A DNA stretch of 64,000 nucleotides from Octopus sinensis (Eukaryota): positions 39,680,001-39,744,000 of the forward strand of contig NC_043009.1 of the NCBI RefSeq assembly GCF_006345805.1, written 5' to 3'. The translations under genes were made by a program, and so were the position numbers. This document shows positions 53,978-64,000 of the stretch, piece after piece (the stretch's first letter is position 1; each line of letters opens with the position of its first letter). The notes under the pieces are model-generated. The model saw nothing but the letters and a program-made list of their open reading frames with translations, was not told where the DNA came from and did not search any database.

Positions 53978-55385
53978 GATGGAACTTGCAGCAATATGCA
54001 ATACTTGCCACATTCATATATTCATTTCACAAAGATATTATTCTGACAAGTTCAATAGTCAAAGGTGCGCATCAGTGTGGGCACGACAAAGAGTTGTAAG
54101 TATGATGCTTGCGGCAGTCTCAGAGTCGTGACTAAATATTTTAGTTAATCTTTTAAGGCATTTAATTTCGGATGCCCTGTACATATGAATGGGATCATCA
54201 TACTTGATATTCTTCTCTGGTTCATGAATAATTCTTGGAGATTTCATGTGAGTTGAATGTATGAATATCTTTTGTCTTTTTTAATCTTCTTTCTTTCATC
54301 TATTTTAGTCATTAGCCGGCAGCCATGCATTCAAGAATTTTTGGTCGAACGAATACATCGTAGTACTTGCTTATTTTTAAAAGCCTGATACTTATCCTAA
54401 CGGTTTCTGTGGCATAACTGCTAAGTTACGGGAATGTAAGTACATCAACACCGGTTGATGGAACTTGCGGTAGCATGTAATACTTGCCACGTTCATATAT
54501 TCGTGTCACAAAATTTTTATAGTGACTAATTCACGGGTCAAAGGTGTGCGTCAGTGTAGGCACGACAAAGATTTGTAACCATGATGCTTGTTACAGGCTG
54601 AGAATCGTGACTCGGTATTTTAAATGTTCTTTTAAGGCATTGAATTCCTATTTCTTTACTACCCACAAGGGGCTAAACACAGAGAGGACAAACAAGGATA
54701 GACAAACGGATTAAGTCGGTTTTATCGACGTCAGTGCGTAACTGGTACTTACTTAATCGACCCCGAAAGGGTGAAAGGCAAAGTCGACCTCGGCGGAATT
54801 TGAACGCAGAACCTAGCGGCAGGCGAAATACCAATTTTTTTAATACCCACAAGGGGCTAAACACAGAGAAGACAAAGACAGACAAACGGATTAAGTCGAT
54901 TATATCGACCCCAGCGCGTGACTGGTACTTATTTAATCGACCCTGAAAGGATGAAAGGTAAAGTTGACCTCGGCGGAATTTGAACTCAGAACGTACCCGC
55001 AGACAAAATACCACTAAGTATTTCGCCTGGCGTGCTAACGTTTCTGCCAGATCGCAGCCTTCCCAAGACGTTGGATTCCTGACGCCCTGTGCCTACGAAT
55101 GGAATCATTATACTTGCATTACCGTCCGGTTTATGAATGATACTTGGAAATTTCATGTGTTGAATGTATGAATATCTCTTGTCTTTTTAGACTTTTATCT
55201 TTCGTCAATTTTAGTCATTAACCTGCGGTCATGCTGGGGCACTACCTTCAAGAATTCTTGGTCGATTCTATCGACCGCAGTACTTATTTTATTTTATCTT
55301 TATTTTTAAGCCCGTTACTTATACTATCGGTTTTTGTGCCGAAGTGCTAAGTTACGGGGACGTAAACACACCAGCAACGGTCGAC
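53978..55385. repeat. Old ~480-bp tandem duplication; second unit interrupted by a SINE
   Basis: GATGGAACTTGC starts at 53978 and 54457; colinear similarity resumes after 55080. Confidence 0.85.
54650..55064 (-). mobile_element. Family A SINE double-body insertion with a degenerate 16-bp TSD
   Basis: AAGGCATTGAATTCCT (54634-54649) versus AAGACGTTGGATTCCT (55065-55080), 13/16 identical. Confidence 0.85.
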
Positions 55386-55520
55386 AAGCGGTGGTGGGAT
55401 CAAAAGCATACGCACATACACGCAAACACACATACGACGAGTTTCTTTCAGTTTCCGTCCACCAATTCCACTCACAAGGCATTTGTCGAGGCGCAGCTGT
55501 ATAGGAGAAGACATCATCGA
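55205..55520 (-). mobile_element. Family C SINE, decayed
   Basis: TAAGTTACGGGGACGTAAACACACCAGCA...TTTCAGTTTCCGTCCACCAA. Confidence 0.75.
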
Positions 55521-55997
55521 CTTGGTGATCATACATGAGTGTATATATTCATATATGCACGGAAGTATATATGTATGGAAATCAGATATATTTGTATACA
55601 TCTACTTTCATGTTTCATATTCTCACTGATACAGAAAAACCGATGCCCAACTCCAGAGGTATCGATCTTCCATGGGAATTTAGACTGCATCAGCTACGTA
55701 TTCATACATACATACATTCATATTTATATATATATATATATAATATATTTATACTTACGTAAGAATCTATATATGTATGCATGTGTGCATGTATATATAT
55801 GTATGTATGTATGTGTAGATATAATTCTCAATGTACATACGGTAGTATGCAGGTTCATGCTTGGAAGAATGCATAGATGCCCTTGCATGAGAAACTGACT
55901 TCGTATGCATGTCATATATATTCATGTGTTTTCGTCTACATCCCTTTGTACACTTATAACCGACTAAATTTCTGCAATACTTCAGTACATGCATTCA

Positions 55998-56033
<36 letters not shown>

Positions 56034-56198
56034 TGCACATATATATGTGTATATATGTATATATATTATATATATATATATATCTATATATATATATATG
56101 TATATATGTGTATATATATATATGTATATATATTATATATATATATATATATATTTGTACGTATATATGTATATATATATATATATACATATATTCAT

Positions 56199-56279
<81 letters not shown>

Positions 56280-56567
56280 ACTTGTTTTCACAGTGAGGTT
56301 AATGGTTTGCAATTGTAATTTCCTAATTAGCAGTGTCCATCTTCGTTTTGTAAATTCAAGATTCTCAAGAGTGGTGCCGAGACTGTTAGTTACGTAACCA
56401 AATGCATCAAGACTCACAGGAAAAATTTAAAGTTCTAGTCCGGGTCTGGAATCGGTAGGATTCTCATTAGTTTGACGTAGATGTTTCCGCTTGCTTTTAT
56501 TCTTTACATTATGGTAGCGTCTGCTAGACAACTGCTTGAATATATGTATGTATGTATGTAGATAAGT

Positions 56568-56603
<36 letters not shown>

Positions 56604-56873
56604 GTAGGTAGGTAGGTAGGTAGGTAGGTAGGTAGGTAGGTAGGTAGGTAGGTATATGTGTACGTATATGTGCATGAATATGTTTGTATGAATTACGTAT
56701 TTATGAAATCATGTGTTTGTATATGTGTGTGAATTTAAATATGTTTGAATATATGTACATATGTATGTGCAAATGTATGCATGTATGTACGTATGTATGT
56801 GTATGTATGTGTATATGTATGTTCGAAAGTATGCATGTATCTACGTATGTATATATGTATGTATGTACATATG

Positions 56874-56907
<34 letters not shown>

Positions 56908-58234
56908 TGTATGTATGTATGTATGTACGTATGTAAGTATGTATGTATTGATGGATGGATGGATGGATGGATGGATGGATGGATGGATGGATGAATGTTC
57001 GAACGTTTGCATTTGGGGTGCTGCTATCAGCAGAGAAATTATTTACTCCCATAATTAACCACACGTTTTATTTTTCTCTAGAAAATCAACACTCCGAGTG
57101 AAAATTGAAGAGAGAAGTAGAGAGATGGGGATCATTGTCCAGTGTCTCTTCTGCTAGTGTTTATGGTATTGTTCAGACTTCGTTACTGCAGAACAGAACG
57201 AACTGTTTCTACTGAAGATTTCAAAAGTAGTATTTAATTGCATTACAGTCTGAACCATTCCAAAATGAAGTTAAATTTTATGACTGCTACCAATGCTAAT
57301 TGGAATCTTTAGCTAAACCATTTCTACTGTCTGTGACGTCGAATCCAAGCTAATACGAATATGTAACAATAACGAGTTAACCTCCTACGACGCTATATAT
57401 AATTGGAATATCAAGTTTTCAGTATATATTATTTAATTTTAATTCATAAAATTTTAGAGCCACTTCTAAATATCTCGTTCCAAAATGTGTTCTCTGCTTA
57501 CGATCTGCTAAAGAGTTAACACATAAAATACAATGCCAACACCAAAGGTTTAATACTGGGAATTACTACAGGGGATCTACTGTATATCCTTCTCAAGGCA
57601 ACTGTTTCCAATCTTCTTCATGTAAATATATACGCATTACATAATCGATATCAAATATAAAGAGGTAGCGTGAAAATGTGTCCCTTTGAAGTACGCCTGT
57701 AAACGCCTTAAATTTGTTAATAGTCAGGAATACGATTGTAAGCAACGACAGGGAAAAAAATGGCATTTCATAGAAACTAAGGATATTTTGAATTATTGCT
57801 CTGTTTGCAAAGTCAAATGCCTAAGAAAATTCCACGAAAGTTTCCACAAGATTCCGTTTTCTTGAACGGAAGGCGTTGAAGCATATTTGTTATAATATTA
57901 CTTGTTCGGGAATCGTTCGACAGTGAGGGAAATACGATTATAAGCGAAACTTTACTGAGAAAGACTCTTTAGTTCCTTTATAATTTATTTCATTCGTACT
58001 GGGATAGGAGTGATAAACGATTCGTTTTGATGTCAGAAAGAGAATGTTGGAAAGAAGTGGGGGACGTTATGTGTGTTTACTATGTTTGGTATGAAGGTGG
58101 CAAGCAAGCAGGATTGTCAGTAGGCCGGACAAAATGCTTAGCGGCATATATTTCATCTTGACCTTCTGAGTTCAAATTCCGCCTTTGCCTTTCGGAGTTA
58201 ATGTGATAGAAAAAACACATCTTATTCTTTATAA

Positions 58235-58500
58235 GCTTAATATTTATTCTATCGGTCTCTTTTGCCGAACCGCTAGCTTACGGAGACGTAAAGATACCAA
58301 CACCGGTTGACAAGCCGATGGTTGGAACAAGAAAAAAAACACTCAACTTATATATATACATACGACGGGCTTCTTTCAGTTTCCGTCTACCAAATCCACT
58401 TACAAGGCTTTGGTCAGCCCGAGACTATAGTAGAAGACACTTGCTCAGTGGGACTGAACCTTGAACCATGTGGTTGGAAAGCAAGCTACTTCCCACAGTG
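58235..58500 (-). mobile_element. Family C SINE
   Basis: TTATTCTATCGGTCTCTTTTGCCGAACCGC...AAGCAAGCTACTT. Confidence 0.8.
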
Positions 58501-58523
58501 CTATTTACCACACTACTTACCAC

Positions 58524-58605
<82 letters not shown>

Positions 58606-58608
<3 letters not shown>

Positions 58609-59799
58609 CAGTTGTCTGATAATACAGACATAGACTTGGCTAAATGCATCAATACATTAACATTGATATTTTTCTACCGTTATTACAACCGTCTGAAATG
58701 TAACTATCAAAGCTCGATATTCGAGCATTATTACAATTCAACTTCAAAAAATGACGTAAAGCAGCTGAAACTGCTCACGATGTCAATGAAACATTTGGTG
58801 AGTAAATCACCAGTGACTTGTCAGCTCGAAAATGATTCAAAAGACTTCGCAGTGGAGATCTGAGACTTGAAGATCGTAAGCATAGCGGACTCTGTCATCG
58901 ATGACGGTTAATTAAAAGACTGTCATTGAGAAAGATTCACGTAAAACTACTCGAGAGCTGACAAAAGATCTTCAAGTTAGCCAAACTAAAAAAAAACTGC
59001 CCGAAACCATTTGCATGCGATCTGAAAATCAAAAAAGCTCGACAAATGGATGCCATACGATTTGAATAAAAATTCAAAAATGCACAGATGTGCAATTTGC
59101 TCGTCGCTTCTTCTCCGTCACCAGACCGGTCTATTTGTCGGCTGTATTGTAACTTATGATGAAAAGTGAATTCTGTATAATAATACAAAACGTTCTACGC
59201 AGTGGTTGGACCAACATGAAGCACCGAAAACCTTCCCTAAACCCGTCTTTAGAAAGAAGGTTATGCTGACTATTCGGTGGTGTACTGTTGGACTCATCCA
59301 CTGTAACTTCTTAAAACCCGGACAAACCAATTCTGCAGAAACATATTGCCATGAAATTGCCAAAATGGACGAAAAACTGCGACACTCCGTCCTAGGCTGG
59401 TCAACAGAAGTGAGCCAGTCATTCTTTATGACAATGCTCGACCACACGTTTCCCTAACGACACTGTAGAAGTTGAAGGAACTTGGCTATGAAGTTCTTCA
59501 CCACTCAGCTCATTCCACAGACCTTTCTCCTACCGACAACCACTTTTTCAAGTACCTTGATGGATTCCTGCGAGAGAAGGGGCTCAAAAAGCAAAGCGCA
59601 TTCAAAGTGCGTTCAAAGTGTTCATCAGTTCCAGAACCCCAGATTATTATGCTACCGGAATAAACAAACTTGTAACTCATTGGCAAAAATGTGATGATTG
59701 TAATGGTACTTACTTTGACGAATAAAATTTCCGCATTGTTGAAATATATTATGACGAAATTCATGTTTCAAAACGTTGCTTACTTTTTAGTCAGCCTGA
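58606..59799 (+). mobile_element. Near full-length decayed mariner (Hsmar1/cecropia-like DD34D transposase)
   Basis: IRALLQFNFKK*RKAAETAHDVNETFG...LEDRKHSG; IVTYDEK; WLDQHEAPK...KKVMLT; YDNARPH; DLSPTDNHFFK; 3' TIR-like AAAACGTTGCTTACTTTTTAGTCAGCCTGA at 59770-59799. Confidence 0.92.
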
Positions 59800-59812
59800 C
59801 ATACATACATAT

Positions 59813-59875
<63 letters not shown>

Positions 59876-59894
59876 TATATATATGTATATATAT

Positions 59895-60194
59895 GGAGGC
59901 GCAATGGCCCAGTGGTTAGGGCAGCGGACTCGCGGTCGTAGGATCGCGGTTTCGATTCCCAGACCGGGCGTTGTGAGTGTTCATTGAGCGAAAACATCTA
60001 TAGCTTCACGAGGCTCCGGCAGGGGATGGTGGCGATCCCTGCTATACTCTTTCGCCGCAACTTTCTCTCACTCTTTCTTCTGTTGGCCTGCTCACTTAGC
60101 CAGCGGGGTGGCGTCATTTGAAGGCTAAAACAATGCGAAGCGCATTGTGAACAGCGATGTTTAGCAACATCTGATAGCCTGGTCGGTCACGTGT

Positions 60195-60201
<7 letters not shown>
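59895..60201 (+). mobile_element. Family E tRNA-derived SINE with an alternative 3' module
   Basis: Same head and 5' body as 24537-24856 up to CTCTTTCTTC (60080), then an unrelated tail GCGAAGCGCATTGTG...TCACGTGTCACGTG. Confidence 0.88.
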
Positions 60202-60238
<37 letters not shown>

Positions 60239-61384
60239 GCATGCATGCATACATACATACATACATACATACATACATACATACATACATACATACATAC
60301 ATACATACATACATACATACATACATTCATACATACATACATACTGTGTTTACCCGAGTCTGTTTGGTGTGTTAGTTTCCTGTCACTGTTGATCACAGGT
60401 TCCTTAACAAGGCGTCTTAGCATTTAATGTATTTTCTTTTGTAAATATTCGTAGCATTTAAGGATTTTCTTACAAAGGTCTTCACATAAAAATATATGTC
60501 TAAGAATATGTAAATCATAATACAACACTGAAATTACGATATTGATGATATTTGGTTGTAATATGAATCAGATTTTACTTTTCACAGCCATCTTTCAGAT
60601 ACAAATTTTCCGATATTCTCGTAACAGAATTGTCGAACAGATTGTCAAAGTCACATTCAAGTTCACCATTGAAATAAGTCGTCGAGACAGAAGTATTGTC
60701 AGACAGAATAGTTTCTATATTTCGTAAGACAATAGAAATCAATATAAAAGATTGGGACAGCATCTAGACAAACAGTACGGTCGCAATGGCTCTCATATGC
60801 GTACTATACGATGCCTAGAATATACACGCAATTCACACAAGACTAGCATTGTGCCAAACGTGTTAATGAGATGATTCTTGCAAATCGATAGAATGTTTGA
60901 ATTCATTAAATTGTAAATACAACCCAATAAAAGAAAAAAAGGAAAAGAACTACTACTAAAAACAATAGCAATGATACATTCATTTATGTTGTTGTTCTCC
61001 TCAACAAAACAAAATTGACAAATTAGCTAAAACATAGAAGAAACGTTAATGATGAAATGAAAACAAATAAAAATAATATTTTAACATTTTTTTATTATTT
61101 TTTTTTTTTTTTCAATTTAAATAAAAGTTAATTTCATAAAAATAAAAATCTGAAAACCGTACAAAGAATTTCAAAACAATTCATTTATTATTATTGTTGT
61201 TGTTATTGTTGATGTTCATGTTATGGTGGTGGTGGTGGTGGCGGTGGGTTTTTTTTTTTTTTTTTTTTGTCGTTTCAGAATTCAGAATCAACATTTCATA
61301 AATTTGTTCTCGAAGCGGAATTCAACGACATTTTCTATTTTCTTTATAAAATTAGGAGACAATAAGAAAGAAGGCAATGGGGAT

Positions 61385-61661
61385 CGCATCATCGTCGTCG
61401 TCATCATCATCATCATCATCATCATTGTCATTGTCGTTATCATTGTGATCACATTGTCAAATTCACCATCGCTTTGTCACCAGCACCATATCCAGCCCAA
61501 CACTACCACTAGTACCACCTTTATCATCATCATCATCATCATTATAATCGCAGTCCCCACAGACGACGTCATTGTGGTTGCCATCATCATCATCATCATT
61601 ATCGTTGTCTTCATTATCTGTTCTCTCTGTTGTCATTATTGTCCGTCCTTGTCAACATCAT

Positions 61662-61692
<31 letters not shown>

Positions 61693-62225
61693 GGCGCTGT
61701 GGAGTCGGCGACAGCAGCAGCAGTAGCAGCAAACGCAGCTATTGCTGCAGCAGCAGCACCGTCATCATCGTTGTCTTCATCCTCGTCTCCGTCTTCATCA
61801 TCATCGTCATCATCATCGTCGTCATCATCATCATCGTCTTCGTCATTATCATCATCATCATCATCATCATAGCCGCCTCCACCACCACCACCATCATCAT
61901 CATCATTGTCTTCTTACACTTCTTCCTCCTCCCCTTCCTCCGCTTCCTCCTCCTCTCCCTCCTCCTCTTCTTCCTCCTCATCATCGTCATCGCCGTTTTC
62001 GTCGTCATAGTCGTCACCATTATCATAATTGCAATTACCATTATCATCATCGTCTTCCTATTCCCCCTCCTCCTCCTCCTCCTTTTCGTTCTCATCATCA
62101 TTATCATCATCGTCGTTGTTGTCGTCATCATTATCGTTATTGTCTTGTCAATATCATCATCAACATCATCATCATCATCATCATCAACATCACCATCATC
62201 ATCATCATCATCATCATCATCGCTA
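61385..62225. repeat. (CAT)n/(CAG)n/(CCT)n low-complexity region
   Basis: Direct reading. Confidence 0.9.
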
Positions 62226-62653
62226 GCAGTGAGGGCAACAGCAGCAATCGTCGTAGACCCCACCCCACCCTACTTTATATCAATGCGTTAACTATAAGAA
62301 TATCCACATCGATTACGTAAACTACCAATAATATTAGAGGCAGCAACTTCAACATCACCACCACACATTTACTTTTATCGATAATTTTCTTTAACAGATG
62401 ATTCAGATATGAGTTTGATCTGGAATTATAATTTTATTATCAAAATCATGATGAAGGATCCTGAAATAGAGTGTTGAAGTCAATATACAGAATTTAACGA
62501 TTATGAGAAAACAGCGGGAAGGCACTCCACCGGATGAATCACAAAGGCGGTAGATAAAACTGCATGGTACAAAGAGGAAATATTCTATATATATATATGT
62601 GTGCGTGTGTGTGTGTAGTGTGTGCGTGTATTGTATGTATTATGCTTGTATGT

Positions 62654-62819
62654 ATTCCAAAAAGGAAATTATCAATTTTGATAGTGCCACTCAAAGAAGG
62701 CTTGCTCGGTGGCTTTTCCCCCAAGTAAAATCTATACTTACCAAGTTTTGGTGGGAAAAACCAACGAGCAAGCTTCTTTTGAGTGGCACCATTAAAAATA
62801 ATAATTTCCTTATTGGAAT
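62654..62819. repeat. Palindromic MITE-like hairpin, ~70-bp arms, ~23-nt loop
   Basis: ATTCCAAAAAGGAAATT...TTTTCCCCCAA versus TTGGTGGGAAAAA...AATTTCCTTATTGGAAT. Confidence 0.8.
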
Positions 62820-62905
62820 GTATATAGAACATATTAAGTATCTTCTGAAAAACAGATTCTAGTTTGGAAGACAAACTTTGATTTATATATATATATATAT
62901 ATATT

Positions 62906-62936
<31 letters not shown>

Positions 62937-62971
62937 AGGTGTGTGTGTATGTATGTATATGCGTATATATA

Positions 62972-63023
<52 letters not shown>

Positions 63024-63049
63024 ACCGTTAGCTCCTACGCACATTTTTT

Positions 63050-63220
63050 TCTCTCCTTGTTTCTCTCCTTGTTTCTTTTCTGTGTATCTTTCTGTCGAAG
63101 AGAGTAGGTTCGAAACGTAAAAGACTTGTTCTATTTCTATTCCTGAGGGCATACTAATACATTTGTTTGTTTGTACTCCACCTGCCTTTGTCTTTTGATT
63201 ATTTTCGTAAACCTTCCCGT

Positions 63221-63222
<2 letters not shown>
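63050..63222 (+). mobile_element. PLE-type terminal repeat fragment with variant hammerhead-like motif (63087-63124)
   Basis: TCTTT-CTGTCGA-A-GAGA/GTAG/GTTC-GAAAC-GTA^AAAGA; embedded in (TA)n. Confidence 0.55.
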
Positions 63223-63271
<49 letters not shown>

Positions 63272-64000
63272 CAAACTAAACAACAGGATAAATACATAGA
63301 ATTAAATTAAATATTTCCCATGTATTATCATCATTGGTTTTACATGAGTCTTATCCCTTTTATTGGTAACAAACATCTTGATTTAAAATTTTCCTTTACC
63401 AAATCTCTTTACATTACTTCAAATTAACCTTGATAGTTTTATGACTATACCCACTATGATTTCTGTCGACTCTTTCAACCCCTTTCGTAACAGACACTGC
63501 TCCTTGTTCATTGGCCTTAGATTTTGATATACAGAGATTTGATAAACAAGACTATAAAAATACAGTGACACGCTAGATCTCTAACAATTCTTTTTTCCTG
63601 ATACCTTAGTGGCTTCTAAGCTGAAGTGAAGACAGCATGATCTTTGTCAATCTCATTACCTTCTAGCAGGTTTTAGGTAAAATTATACTAATGTGTCCAT
63701 CTGTTTTAATTTAATATAATTCCATGCATTTATGCAGCTGAGGATTGCCTTGCATTTAAATTGATGTAATGGTTGCATTGTTCAATTAAATGGAGTCGCT
63801 TGAAACAATGGTACTGTATTACCTCTGGATATCCTGTTGCTTATTTTGATTTTAATCACCTTACTTTGAAACTGTATGGATAATACCGTACTAAATTCTG
63901 GTGCCTGAACTTGAGTACCTAATTCATCTGAATTTATATATATATTTGTATGTATATATACATACATATGTATATGTGTATATATGTTTCTTTATTACCC

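Noticed and set aside
61223-62320. Long low-complexity ORFs
   Set aside because: (CAT)/(CCT)/(CAG) repeats open in most frames.
1-64000. CRISPR arrays, rRNA, true tRNA genes, telomeric repeats
   Set aside because: None seen; the tRNA-like segments are SINE heads without complete cloverleaves.

Overview
AT-rich, microsatellite-saturated, non-coding animal DNA. The SINE families resemble those I associate with Octopus/coleoid cephalopods; this is inference from recalled repeats. No protein-coding gene can be called with confidence, and nearly all ORFs in the track are translations of simple repeats. Recognisable content: many tRNA-derived SINE copies from at least four families, two decayed mariner transposons (about 31.9-32.7 kb and 58.6-59.8 kb), an RTE LINE 3' end, a Tx1/L1-type ORF2 fragment, a Penelope-like (PLE) GIY-YIG endonuclease fragment and a 554-bp element inserted in (TAA)n. 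The most striking unexplained structure is a set of minimal type-I hammerhead ribozyme (HHR) motifs from four to five unrelated sequence families. Six of them sit as pairs in long inverted repeats at 42.8-48.8 kb, always head-to-head and reading outward from a short unique spacer, so both strands encode a self-cleaving motif. A second theme is sequence-preferential insertion: one SINE repeatedly inserts at GG(T/A)ATT(T/C), including into its own copies, and two other small elements sit specifically in (TAA)n or (CATA)n tracts.
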